From: an uncultured Synergistaceae bacterium
GTDB taxonomy: Bacteria; Synergistota; Synergistia; Synergistales; Dethiosulfovibrionaceae
DNA length: 48,190 nt
Reading direction: 5' to 3'
Assembly: GCA_964499295.1 (NCBI GenBank)
Contig: CAZCKP010000001.1
Span: forward strand, 1 to 48,190
Both the position numbers and the translations under genes were made by a program. Positions 16,412 to 25,487 of this stretch are shown piece by piece. How positions within the stretch are numbered: the stretch's first letter is position 1; each line of letters starts with the position of its first letter. The notes beneath the pieces were generated by a model. It was given only the letters and a program-made list of their open reading frames with translations. It had not been told where the DNA came from and ran no database searches.

Positions 16412-18301
16412 TCAGGCGTTTTTAATGCTCTCCAGGAATTGGGCGTTGCTGTCGCTGCGTCGCAGGCGGTCCAGGATCAACGATAGTGCCTCGGTCTCCT
16501 CGGCTGAAACCAGACGGCGGCGGAGGGCCCAAATTTTTTGCAGGTCCTCCTGGGGCAACAGGAGATCTTCCCGACGGGTCCCTGATTTCATGATGTCCAG
16601 CGCCGGGAACAGCCGTTGCTCGGCCAGACGTCTGGAGAGGTGGACCTCCATGTTGCCGGTGCCCTTGAATTCCTCGTAGATCACGTCGTCCATGCGGCTA
16701 CCCGTCTCGGTCAGAGCGGTGCCCACGATGGTCAGGCTACCGCCGGACTCGATGTTTCTGGCCGCTCCAAAAAGGCGCTTGGGGAAATAGAGTCCCGCCG
16801 GGTCCATTCCTCCCGACAGGGTCCGCCCCGAAGGAGGCTCGCAGAGGTTGGAGGCCCTGGTCAGGCGGGTGATGGAGTCCAGCAGTAGCACCACGTCCTT
16901 TTTCATCTCTACCAGCCGCTTGGCCTTTTCCAGGGCCAAATTGGCCACCCGGATGTGCTCGTAGGGCGGTCGATCAAAGGTGGAGGCGATGACCTCGCCG
17001 GTTACGCTACGCTGGATGTCGGTGACCTCTTCGGGGCGCTCGTCGATGAGCAGCACCATGAGGATCACGTCGGAGTGGTTTTGGGCGACGGCGGCAGCGA
17101 TTTCCTTCAGCAGCGAGGTCTTGCCAGCCTTGGGCGGCGAGACGATTAGCGCCCGCTGGCCTCGACCCAGCGGCGAAAAGAGGTCCATCAGCCGGGTAGC
17201 CATGTGGTTACGGTCGGTCTCCAGCTTCAGGAGACGGTCGGGAAAGACGGGCACCAGGGACTGGAAGTGGGGGCGACCGTGGAGCCGTTCGGGATCGGAG
17301 AAGTTCACCGTCTCCACCCAGGAGAGGGCCGCGTTCTGGCCTGCTTCCCTGCCCTTGCGGATCATGCCCCAGACCACGTCGCCGTTGCGTAGTCGAAAGC
17401 GCCGGATCTGGGAAGCGGACATGTAGATATCGCTATCGCCGGGGAGCAACCCCTCGGGGCGAAGAAAGCCGTAGCCTTCCTCCATGATCTCCAGGGTCCC
17501 GCCGCCGAAGGATTGGTCGATCCGGGCAGCCTGGGCGGCCAGGATCTGGTAGATCAGCTCGTCCTTGCGTCGGGCCGAGTAGACGGGGATACCGTATTCC
17601 AAGGCGATCTGCCGAAGCTCCACCAGGGTCATCGCCGCCAGGGTCACGTAGGGATACCGTGGACGCCGGGGCAGTGGCCGCAGGCCCTCTCTATCGCCCT
17701 GGGGCGCCGTCTCGGTCGAGGAGCGATCGTCCTGACCAGGCGCCTCTGCTTCGTGAGCCTCGGGGGCCTCCAGCGGTGGCAGTGCCAGAGCAGGCTCCAG
17801 CTCCTCTTGGAGGGGCAGAGGCGGCAAGGGCTCCAGTGAACCGGCCATCGAGGCCGGAACCTCCGGAGCCAGCTCCACCGAAGCTTCTGGAGCCATCAAG
17901 GCCAGCTCCGCCTCGGATTCCGTCGGAGCCTCCTGGGCCGGGGAATCCTGGGCAGCCTTGGCCCTGGTGGAACGGCTGCGCACCTTCGGCGCTACCACCG
18001 GCTCGGCCTCGTCGGCGCTGGCCGCCTTGGAGCGAGTCCGTCTCTTGGGGGCTGGCTGGTGGAGCTTCGCCGCAATTTCGGCCTCCGCCGATGCTGAAGC
18101 CTCTGGAGAGGCCTGTTTTCTGGGCCGTCCCCGTTTGGCCGGGACCGAAGCTCCTTCGGAGGCGTCCGTCGAAGACTGTGGGGGCTCCTGGGGGGTATCG
18201 GCGACCTTTCGGGATCGGCCACGCCGGGGCGTTTCAGGCCCCTCAAGCCGCTGGGGCTCTACCTGAGAGGCCTTTTTTATGCTGGAGGATCTTATAACCA
18301 T
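16412..18301 (-). CDS. rho: Transcription termination factor Rho with ~217-aa low-complexity N-terminal extension
   Basis: Track ORF 16412..18379 trimmed to Met27 (AGGAG ~10 nt upstream). Rho_N ([18 protein letters not shown]), the CSD-like RNA-binding domain ([15 protein letters not shown]...[18 protein letters not shown]), Walker [16 protein letters not shown] and the C-terminal RecA-type domain are all present. Confidence 0.9.
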   Translation of the reverse strand: MVIRSSSIKKASQVEPQRLEGPETPRRGRSRKVADTPQEPPQSSTDASEGASVPAKRGRPRKQASPEASASAEAEIAAKLHQPAPKRRTRSKAASADEAEPVVAPKVRSRSTRAKAAQDSPAQEAPTESEAELALMAPEASVELAPEVPASMAGSLEPLPPLPLQEELEPALALPPLEAPEAHEAEAPGQDDRSSTETAPQGDREGLRPLPRRPRYPYVTLAAMTLVELRQIALEYGIPVYSARRKDELIYQILAAQAARIDQSFGGGTLEIMEEGYGFLRPEGLLPGDSDIYMSASQIRRFRLRNGDVVWGMIRKGREAGQNAALSWVETVNFSDPERLHGRPHFQSLVPVFPDRLLKLETDRNHMATRLMDLFSPLGRGQRALIVSPPKAGKTSLLKEIAAAVAQNHSDVILMVLLIDERPEEVTDIQRSVTGEVIASTFDRPPYEHIRVANLALEKAKRLVEMKKDVVLLLDSITRLTRASNLCEPPSGRTLSGGMDPAGLYFPKRLFGAARNIESGGSLTIVGTALTETGSRMDDVIYEEFKGTGNMEVHLSRRLAEQRLFPALDIMKSGTRREDLLLPQEDLQKIWALRRRLVSAEETEALSLILDRLRRSDSNAQFLESIKNA

Positions 18302-18690
18302 TGCAAGGAAACTCCTTTCAACGTGGAACCCCGTCGTCTTCGTAGAGCCCCCGAACAGGTCAAAACCAGGAGGCCCCAAAAGCCCAGCGCCATGAGTCTA
18401 GGACTGAGCCCGGAGAGGAGGCTCAAAATCAGATTTAAAATAAATCGGTTTTGCTTTTTTCAACCCTAGAACAGACCAAGCTCTTTTCCTTAAAAAGGGG
18501 CCGCTGGCCTCAGCGAAGGGCAGTCGGGGGAGGTTATGGGTCGAGGTGTTATAACAACGGGCGATCCGCAGTTGTTTCGCCTATCTTATCAGAAGACCCC
18601 GATGGGAATCAACCCGCCGCCCTCCCCCCCTCGGCGCTGGGTAATTCTACGGGACCTACGGGCAAGACCAATCGGGAGATGATACTACAA

Positions 18691-18719
18691 GAGAGCCGAC
18701 GGAGGACCCGCCGGCTCTC
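18691..18719 (-). terminator. Possible terminator hairpin downstream of the cold-shock gene (weak U-tract)
   Basis: Minus-strand GAGAGCCGGCGG...CCGTCGGCTCTC stem followed by TTGTAGTAT. Confidence 0.35.
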
Positions 18720-18782
18720 TTTGTCATCAAAATTAAGAGTAGAGGCGACTCAAAAAGTCACCCGTCCTGTTCTCGCGAAGCC

Positions 18783-18980
18783 TCAGAGTTTCACCACGTT
18801 GGCAGCCTGGGGTCCCTTCTCCCCGTCAACCACGTCAAAGGACACGGCTTCGTTCTCCTCCAAGGTCTTGTAGCCATCCATCTTGATAGCGCTGAAATGG
18901 ACGAACACGTCATTGCCCTCTTCGGTGGTGATAAAGCCGAAGCCCTTGGTGCTGTTGAACCACTTGACGGTACCCTTCAT
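18783..18980 (-). CDS. Cold-shock protein (CspA family)
   Basis: Track ORF trimmed to Met38: [32 protein letters not shown]... (RNP1/RNP2 motifs). GGGAGG lies 8 nt upstream. 65 aa. Confidence 0.93.
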   Translation of the reverse strand: MKGTVKWFNSTKGFGFITTEEGNDVFVHFSAIKMDGYKTLEENEAVSFDVVDGEKGPQAANVVKL

Positions 18981-19062
18981 TACCTGATCCTCCCATAAAA
19001 CGAAAATATCTGCAAAACCCCATGACCACCAAGAAAATACTGGTACTGTTGGGTCATTTAGA

Positions 19063-19091
19063 CTTATAAACGATCGAATCAGTTCCGTCAA
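19063..19091 (-). promoter_or_regulatory. Candidate promoter of the cold-shock gene
   Basis: Minus strand: TTGACG (19086-19091), 17-nt spacer, TATAAG (19063-19068). This leaves a ~75-nt 5' UTR, as is usual for csp genes. Confidence 0.5.
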
Positions 19092-19196
19092 GACCAGTCA
19101 AGAATTGGGATTTCCAAAGACGTTATAGGACGCAGATCAGGCCCTGGCCCTCGTCGGGAGCTGAAGCCTTGGCCTTGTCCCCTCTTCGGCGCTATT

Positions 19197-20216
19197 TTAG
19201 CGCAACCCGCCCCCGGCGATCTTCTCCAGCTTCCGCAGGCTGTGCTGAGCGTCGATGTAGCGGACGGTGCCGCTCTTGGACCGCATCACCATGGAGCTGG
19301 TGTGGAGCCTGTCGCCATCGTAGCGAACCCCCGAGAGGAAATCGCCGTCGGTGATACCCGTGGCAGCGAAGAAGACGTCGTCGCTGGACACCAGGTCGTC
19401 CAAGTTCAGGACCCTGTCGAGATCCACGTCGGCGTCCAGGGCTTTGCGGCGCTCCTGATCGTTGCGGACCCAGAGACGGCCCTGCATGCCGCCGCCCAAT
19501 GCCTTGATAGCGCACGCAGTGATGACGGCCTCGGGGGTGCCACCGATGCCCATCAGCATGTCGGCGCCGCGATCCAATTTGCAGGTCAGCAAGGCGCCAC
19601 CGATGTCGCCGTCGGGTATCAGCTTGATCCGGGCACCAGCGGTGCGGATCTGAGCGATCAGATCCTGGTGCCGCGGCCGGTCCAGGACCACAACGGTGAC
19701 GTCGTTGACCGATTTGCCCTTGGCCTGGGCCACCCGGCGGACGTTGTCGCCCACCGGGGCCTCGATGTCCACCACGTCCCGGCTTTCGGGGCCCACCACC
19801 AGCTTGTTCATGTAGAACACCGTCTTGGGATTAAACATGGTGCCTCTAGGCGCACCGGCGACGACGCTGATGGCACCGTTAAGCCCCAGAGAGGTCAGCC
19901 GGGTACCGTCGATAGGGTCCACGGCGATGTCCACGGCCACCGACGACGATAGCCGAGTCCCCAGACGCTCGCCGTTGTAGAGCATAGGGGCTTCGTCCTT
20001 CTCACCCTCACCGATGACCACCACGCCGTCCATGTCCACGGTGTTGAGCATGAGCCGCATGGCAGCAACAGCGGCTCCATCAGCAGCGTTTTTATCTCCC
20101 CGACCCATGAAGCGACCGGCGGCCATGGCAGCGGCCTCGGTGCCCCGGCAGAACTCCAGGGCCAAATTTCGATCAGGCAGAGCGTCGTTGTTGCCGCTTT
20201 GGAACAGACTTTCCAT
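19197..20216 (-). CDS. glpX: Class II fructose-1,6-bisphosphatase (GlpX)
   Basis: 339-aa ORF. LALEFCRGTEAAAMAAGRFMGRGDKNAADGAAV, VVIGEGEKDEAPML and DPIDGT are typical GlpX blocks. Confidence 0.9.
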   Translation of the reverse strand: MESLFQSGNNDALPDRNLALEFCRGTEAAAMAAGRFMGRGDKNAADGAAVAAMRLMLNTVDMDGVVVIGEGEKDEAPMLYNGERLGTRLSSSVAVDIAVDPIDGTRLTSLGLNGAISVVAGAPRGTMFNPKTVFYMNKLVVGPESRDVVDIEAPVGDNVRRVAQAKGKSVNDVTVVVLDRPRHQDLIAQIRTAGARIKLIPDGDIGGALLTCKLDRGADMLMGIGGTPEAVITACAIKALGGGMQGRLWVRNDQERRKALDADVDLDRVLNLDDLVSSDDVFFAATGITDGDFLSGVRYDGDRLHTSSMVMRSKSGTVRYIDAQHSLRKLEKIAGGGLR

Positions 20217-20314
20217 GGTTCAAGACCTCCTCGCGGATAGAGGACCGCCAGGGGGACGCCAGGCGGTCCGAAGTTTCGGCCTTTCACAAGCCCCGGTCCC
20301 AGGGCCCGAGCCCT

Positions 20315-21619
20315 CTAGGCCTTTAGTCCCTCAAAGCGGGCGAAGATCTCGTCGACAAAGCGGAAGTAATAGTCGTTGCTGAAGAGCTGGGCCAACTCTT
20401 CCCGGCCGATCCGACCTTGAAGCAAGGGATCGGCGGCCAGCAGCTCGAAAAAGGCGCCTTCGCCCTCCCAGGCCTTCATGGCACAGCGCTGCACCGCCTG
20501 ATAGGCCTCCTCGCGGCGCAGGCCGTAGCGCTCCACCAGGTCTAGCAGGACCCGCTGGCTGTAGACCAGGCCGCCGGTGAGGTCCAGGTTGCGCTGGAGG
20601 TTCTTCTCCAGAACTACCATGCCCCGGACCACCCGCTCCAGGGTGATCAACATGTGATGGCACAGGTGGAATCCGTCGGGCCACATGATCCGCTCGGTGC
20701 TGGAATGGCTGATGTCTCGCTCGTGCCAAAGGGCTACGTTTTCCTGGGCCACCATGGAGAAGGCCCGAAGCATCCGAGCCATGCCGCAGATCTTCTCGGA
20801 GAGAATGGGGTTTTTCTTGTGGGGCATCGCCGAGGAGCCCTTCTGCTTGGAGCCAAAGGGTTCCATGGCCTCCAGCACCTCGGTTCTCTGAAGATGGCGG
20901 ATCTCCGTGGCGATGCGCTCCATGGCCTCGCCCAGGCTGGCCAGAGCGTTCATCACCGCGGCATGACGGTCCCGCTGGATGATCTGGGTGGACACCAGGT
21001 CGGGCTCCAGTCCCAACTCGGCGCAGACCCTAGCCTCGATGTGGGGCGGGCAATGGGCGTAGGTGCCCACGGCACCGGAGATCTTGCCGCAAGAGATCTC
21101 CTTAATAGCCGCCACCAGGCGGCGGCGGTCCCGAAGCAGCTGGGCGTACCAGTTCAGCAGCTTCAGGCCAAAGGTGATGGGCTCAGCGTGGATGCCGTGG
21201 CTACGGGCCACCGAAGGAGTGTACTTCAGCTCCTGGGCTCGAGCCATGACGGCCTCCATCAGCCGGTCCAGCTGTCTCAGGATCACCTCCAGGGACTGGC
21301 GGAGCCGCAGGGCGCTGGCGGTATCCACCACGTCGCTGCTGGTCAAGCCCAGGTGGATAAACCGCCCCTCGGGCCCCACGTGGTCGGCCATATCGGTGAC
21401 GAAGGCGATCACGTCGTGATGAACCTGGGCCTCGATCTTCAGCACCTGCTCGACGTCAAAGTCGCTTTTCTCCTCGATCTTTTTCATCGCCTCAGGGGGA
21501 ATCACACCGTCGGCGGCCCAGGCGCGGCACACCGCCAGCTCGACCTGCATCCAGGAGCGGTATTGATTCTCCAGGGACCAGATCTGACTCATTTCCTTGG
21601 TCTCGTAGCGGGAAATCAT
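20315..21619 (-). CDS. purB: Adenylosuccinate lyase
   Basis: Track ORF trimmed to Met56 (MISRYETKEMSQIWS...; GGAGG upstream). Contains the fumarate-lyase signature GSSAMPHKKNP. Confidence 0.92.
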   Translation of the reverse strand: MISRYETKEMSQIWSLENQYRSWMQVELAVCRAWAADGVIPPEAMKKIEEKSDFDVEQVLKIEAQVHHDVIAFVTDMADHVGPEGRFIHLGLTSSDVVDTASALRLRQSLEVILRQLDRLMEAVMARAQELKYTPSVARSHGIHAEPITFGLKLLNWYAQLLRDRRRLVAAIKEISCGKISGAVGTYAHCPPHIEARVCAELGLEPDLVSTQIIQRDRHAAVMNALASLGEAMERIATEIRHLQRTEVLEAMEPFGSKQKGSSAMPHKKNPILSEKICGMARMLRAFSMVAQENVALWHERDISHSSTERIMWPDGFHLCHHMLITLERVVRGMVVLEKNLQRNLDLTGGLVYSQRVLLDLVERYGLRREEAYQAVQRCAMKAWEGEGAFFELLAADPLLQGRIGREELAQLFSNDYYFRFVDEIFARFEGLKA

Positions 21620-21689
21620 CGTCTCAACCTCCGGCACAAAGTGGACATAAAAGGGGCCAGCGGCCCTTCGGGGATCTCTGGCGCTTGAG

Positions 21690-22625
21690 TCAGCGTGGCT
21701 CCTGCTCCTGGGGAGCCATAAGGGCCTCGACGAAGGTCGCAGGGTCGAAAAGCTCCAGATCCTGGGCCGACTCTCCCAGCCCAACGTAGCGGATAGGCAG
21801 CTGGAGCTGCTGGGCGATGGGCAACACTATGCCGCCCTTGGCGGTGTTGTCGTACTTGGCCAGGACAACCCCCGTCAGAGGGGCCACCTGGTGAAACAGC
21901 TGGGCCTGCTTAAAGGCGTTTTGTCCCATCACGGCGTCAAGGACCAGGACGCTTTCCAATCGCTGGGGGTCTATTTCGCGATGGATCACCCGGTAGATCT
22001 TACCGAGCTCCTCCATTAGGTTGTGCTTGGACTGGAGGCGGCCGGCGGTGTCCACCAGCAACAGGTCGGCGCCGGAGCTGCGGGCCGAGGTTATGGCGTC
22101 GAAGACCACCGCGGCGGCGTCGCTGCCCTGCTTTTGAGCCACTAGCCGGACCTGGGCCCTCTGGCACCAGGTCTGAAGCTGTTCGATAGCGGCAGCCCGG
22201 AAGGTGTCGGCAGCGGCCACTACCACCTGGGCCCCCTGAGAGGCCAACAGCGTCGCCACCTTACCGGTGGTGGTGGTCTTGCCACTACCGTTGACTCCTA
22301 CCATTAGGATCACGCCAAGGCCGCCGCCCCAGTGAAAGGCCTCACCCATCCTGGGGACCTGCTGAAGTCGCTGGATCAGTAGCTCCTTAAAGGCCCCTAG
22401 AAGCTCCTGGGAGGACTGGCCGCCTCGGGCGCGATGGAGACGCCGGAGCTCCTCCACCAGGGCCTCGGCCGTCTCCAGGCCGGTATCGCCAGCGATCAGG
22501 GTCTCCTCCAGATCCTCCCAAAAGGACTGGTCCACGGAGCGACCACCGAAGAGCTCCGTCAGACCGTTGCTCCACCTTTGGCGGACGCCGCCGAGCTTGT
22601 TCTTGATGGCGTCGAACAGTGCCAC
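21690..22625 (-). CDS. ftsY: Signal recognition particle receptor FtsY
   Basis: 311-aa ORF with an N domain plus SRP GTPase motifs GVNGSGKTTTTGK, DTAGR and KYDNTAKGG. Confidence 0.9.
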   Translation of the reverse strand: MALFDAIKNKLGGVRQRWSNGLTELFGGRSVDQSFWEDLEETLIAGDTGLETAEALVEELRRLHRARGGQSSQELLGAFKELLIQRLQQVPRMGEAFHWGGGLGVILMVGVNGSGKTTTTGKVATLLASQGAQVVVAAADTFRAAAIEQLQTWCQRAQVRLVAQKQGSDAAAVVFDAITSARSSGADLLLVDTAGRLQSKHNLMEELGKIYRVIHREIDPQRLESVLVLDAVMGQNAFKQAQLFHQVAPLTGVVLAKYDNTAKGGIVLPIAQQLQLPIRYVGLGESAQDLELFDPATFVEALMAPQEQEPR

Positions 22626-22640
22626 AGCTCAGCTCTCCTT

Positions 22641-24020
22641 TCAGCTCTCCTCGGCCTGGGGGCTGGGAGATACCTCCCGCTTCCGAGGCGGCCGACGGCG
22701 GGACCTGGGGTGGGCCCTTTCGGCCTGGGGTGACTCCTGCTGCTCCCCCTGGTGACGGCTCTGGTTCCCCGAGGGTTTGGTAGGCCGTCCAGGCCGGGGA
22801 GGGCGATCCTGGGCTCTGGCTCCCCGCCGTTCCGGCGGGGCCTCGGCCCGGCGGGATCCCGGGGCTCCGGTGCCATCGCCCTGGGCCTCGGCGGTCCTTC
22901 GGCGCTGGGCTGCAGGGGCAGCCTCCCCAGAGGCCTCGGCTTGGGAGGGGCGCTTTCTCCTCTTTCGCCGAGGTCCTTCGGAACTGGCTTCCTGGGCCAG
23001 CTCCTGGGGGATTTCGGGGCTCTGTTGCCACAGGGCGCTGATGGAACAACCTTCGCCGCAGCTTCGGCAGTTGCCGTCGCAGAAGCGGCCGTTACATCGA
23101 CTTTGCTGGGACAGGGGGGATCCCTTTTCGTCCAGGCCGTAGTCTTCGTTGGACCAGCTCTTGCCGGCCAGAACAGCCTCCTTAAAGGTCCCAAAGAGCT
23201 CCACCGGGATCTGATAGGCGCTTTCGGGGCCCCGGATCTGACAGGTCCGGGAGGCCAGGTCCACGCCCAACAGGACGTAGGTGCCCTGGTCAGTCCGGAT
23301 CTTGCTGCCCTGGGAGGGTAGATTGCTCCAGAGGTCGCGGTAGCTGTGTTGCTCGAAGTTCATGCAGCACATCAGACGACCGCAGAGCCCCGAGATCTTG
23401 CTGGGATTCAGGGCCAGGTTCTGCTCCTTGACCATGCGGATCCCGATGGGAGCGAAGCGTTGAAGCCAGTAGCTGCAACAGCAAGGCCTCCCGCAGGGGC
23501 CAAGGCCTCGCACCACCTTGGCCTCGTCGCGGGCGCCGATTTGGCGCAACTCGATGCGGGTATGAAACTCCCGAGCCAGGTCCCGCACGTAGGCACGAAA
23601 GTCCACCCTCTGGGCCGAGGTGAAATAGAAGAACAGCTTTTTCCGGTCGTTGAGGTACTCCACGTCCACCAGCTTCATGTCTAGGCTGTGGTGGCTCAAG
23701 ATCTGGCGGGATACCACCAGGGCTTGTTCTTCGTCTTTGCGATTACGCTCCTCCTGGACCATGTGGTCCAGATTGGCCTTCTCCAGGAATATCACCGGCT
23801 GCAGCCCCAAGTCACCGCTGACGGGGCCCTCCTGGCGGTTATCGATGGATCGGTACAATGCCTCCTGGGCCTCGGAGATCTCTCCGGCCACCTGGGCCAC
23901 TTCAACGCCTCGGGAGCTCTCGATCAGCACCAGCTCCCCGGTGCTCAGGCTTTCACCCTCAGCGGTCACGGCCAGCCCCAAATATCGAGGCTTGCCGAAA
24001 ATCGTCAAATACATGGTCAA
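22641..24020 (-). CDS. ricT: PSP1-domain protein RicT/YaaT with ~165-aa Cys-cluster plus basic low-complexity C-terminal extension
   Basis: 459-aa ORF. PSP1 core: KLFFYFTSAQRVDFRAYVRDLAREFHTRIELRQIG, GPCGRPCCCSYWL, GLCGRLMCCMNFE. It sits downstream of holB as in Firmicutes. Confidence 0.8.
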   Translation of the reverse strand: MTMYLTIFGKPRYLGLAVTAEGESLSTGELVLIESSRGVEVAQVAGEISEAQEALYRSIDNRQEGPVSGDLGLQPVIFLEKANLDHMVQEERNRKDEEQALVVSRQILSHHSLDMKLVDVEYLNDRKKLFFYFTSAQRVDFRAYVRDLAREFHTRIELRQIGARDEAKVVRGLGPCGRPCCCSYWLQRFAPIGIRMVKEQNLALNPSKISGLCGRLMCCMNFEQHSYRDLWSNLPSQGSKIRTDQGTYVLLGVDLASRTCQIRGPESAYQIPVELFGTFKEAVLAGKSWSNEDYGLDEKGSPLSQQSRCNGRFCDGNCRSCGEGCSISALWQQSPEIPQELAQEASSEGPRRKRRKRPSQAEASGEAAPAAQRRRTAEAQGDGTGAPGSRRAEAPPERRGARAQDRPPRPGRPTKPSGNQSRHQGEQQESPQAERAHPRSRRRPPRKREVSPSPQAEES

Positions 24021-24765
24021 AGGGATACTCCTCTCTGAGAAAAAGGCACAGCAGATCGGCCCACATCGCCGAGGAGAGATGGGTCGTCAAGGCGATCTCC
24101 GCCAGTTGGCGAAGCTGGGCCGCCGCCTGGGCCTTTCCCTGGTTCCTCAACCAGGCCACATATCCCAGGGCCATGGCATACCAGTCCTGGCCGTTGCGCT
24201 TTTCCCCTTCCGAGAGCCACCGGAGCCAAGCCTCGCCGTTCTGGGGCGGTTCCAGAGGCTCCAGCCGCTCTTCTAGCCGAAATGATAACACCCACAGTCG
24301 GCTTCGCAAAGTAGGCAGCAGGGCTCCCGAGGCCATGAGATAGAGCAGCCTCCCACGGGGCGGCGGCTCCTCGGTGACCTTCAGCAGGCTGTTGGCAGCG
24401 CTGGGGTTCAAGGCCTCGGCGCTGTAGACCGTCAGAAGCCGCACCGGCGCCGTAACGGGGCTCAGCATCAGCTCGCCGCTGAGGTCCCGACAGAGCTCCA
24501 CCGGCGGCGCATCGCCGGGAGATCCAGCCAAGAGCCAATCGGGATGGCGACCTTCCACCCAGGCCATACAGGAGGGACAGTTTCCGCAGCCGTCGCCGTG
24601 GTGGCAGAGGATCCGTCGCGCCAAGAGCTCCGAAGCCTGGCCCTGAAAGGCCGTGGGCAACTCCAGGCCCAACGCCGCCGGGATAGGACGGCCTGAAGCC
24701 AGGTAGGCCAACAGGTCGCCCCACTGGGGCTCCTGAGCCAACAGGTCTTCCAGGTACTGAGCCAT
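23959..24765 (-). CDS. holB: DNA polymerase III delta-prime subunit
   Basis: 268-aa ORF with the zinc module CHHGDGCGNCPSC, ...LLKVTEEPP and ...TLRSR (SRC-like motif). The ATG directly abuts the tmk stop (TAAATG). The 3' end overlaps the ricT start by about 60 nt. Confidence 0.75.
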   Translation of the reverse strand: MAQYLEDLLAQEPQWGDLLAYLASGRPIPAALGLELPTAFQGQASELLARRILCHHGDGCGNCPSCMAWVEGRHPDWLLAGSPGDAPPVELCRDLSGELMLSPVTAPVRLLTVYSAEALNPSAANSLLKVTEEPPPRGRLLYLMASGALLPTLRSRLWVLSFRLEERLEPLEPPQNGEAWLRWLSEGEKRNGQDWYAMALGYVAWLRNQGKAQAAAQLRQLAEIALTTHLSSAMWADLLCLFLREEYPFDHVFDDFRQASIFGAGRDR

Positions 24766-25368
24766 TTAGAGGCCTCGACCTTCCAGGACTTGGCAGATCT
24801 GGGCCGCCACTGCCTCGGGGTCCTGGGCTCCGTCGATGGGGTGGATCCGTCCGGGAAATTGTGCGGCCAACTGGGCGAAGCCCGAGGCGACTCTCTGGTG
24901 GAACGCCTGGGCTTCCGCCTCGATCCTGTCGCCCTGGCCCCGGAGGCCACAGCGCCTTAAAGCCACGTCCAGCGGCACCTGGAGCCACAGCGTCACGTCG
25001 GGCAGGGGAAAATGGCAGTGTTGCTCCAGGTCTTGGACCATATGGGGGCTAATTCCCCGACCCCAGCACTGATAGGCCAGGGTGGAATCGCTATAGCGCT
25101 CGCAGAGCACCACCTGGCCCTGGTCCAGGGCCGGCAGGATCCTTTGGGCCACGTGCTCGCAGCGATCTGCCAAAAAGAGCAACAGCTCCGTCATAGGGTG
25201 CTGCAGCGCTCCGCCCAGGACCATGGATCGGATTTCCCGTCCGGAGCTCCAATCGCCGGGCTCTCGGGTCCAAAGGGTCTCCCTCCCCCGGTCGATCAGC
25301 CACCGGTGGAGCATCCGAGCCTGGGTGGTTTTGCCGCATCCGTCTATGCCCTCTAGAGTGATAAACAC
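24766..25368 (-). CDS. tmk: Thymidylate kinase
   Basis: 200-aa ORF beginning MFITLEGIDGCGKTTQ (P-loop), with a DRY-like motif region and a LID. Confidence 0.92.
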   Translation of the reverse strand: MFITLEGIDGCGKTTQARMLHRWLIDRGRETLWTREPGDWSSGREIRSMVLGGALQHPMTELLLFLADRCEHVAQRILPALDQGQVVLCERYSDSTLAYQCWGRGISPHMVQDLEQHCHFPLPDVTLWLQVPLDVALRRCGLRGQGDRIEAEAQAFHQRVASGFAQLAAQFPGRIHPIDGAQDPEAVAAQICQVLEGRGL

Positions 25369-25487
25369 GGCCTCTTCTCCTTCTTGTGTGTTCTGGGCTG
25401 TTCTGTGGTGATCGGCCTCAAACCGTTATATACTTTTGCGGAAGAGAGCGATCTCGCGGTAGATCTTCGATGTCAGGAGGTAAATTC

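Noticed and set aside
18981-19091. 37-codon N-terminal extension of the cold-shock ORF
   Set aside because: The conserved Csp sequence starts at MKGTVKWFN with GGGAGG just upstream. The extension would run through the candidate promoter (TTGACG-17-TATAAG).
20654-21688. 344-aa ORF antisense to purB. The same applies to 28575..29507 (antisense to prfB), 42085..42981 (antisense to the CoADR gene), 10212..11045 (antisense to greA) and 24017..24988 (alternative frame over holB/tmk).
   Set aside because: All overlap genes with strong family signatures. All have low-complexity R/G/P/H-rich translations and lack RBS-supported starts.
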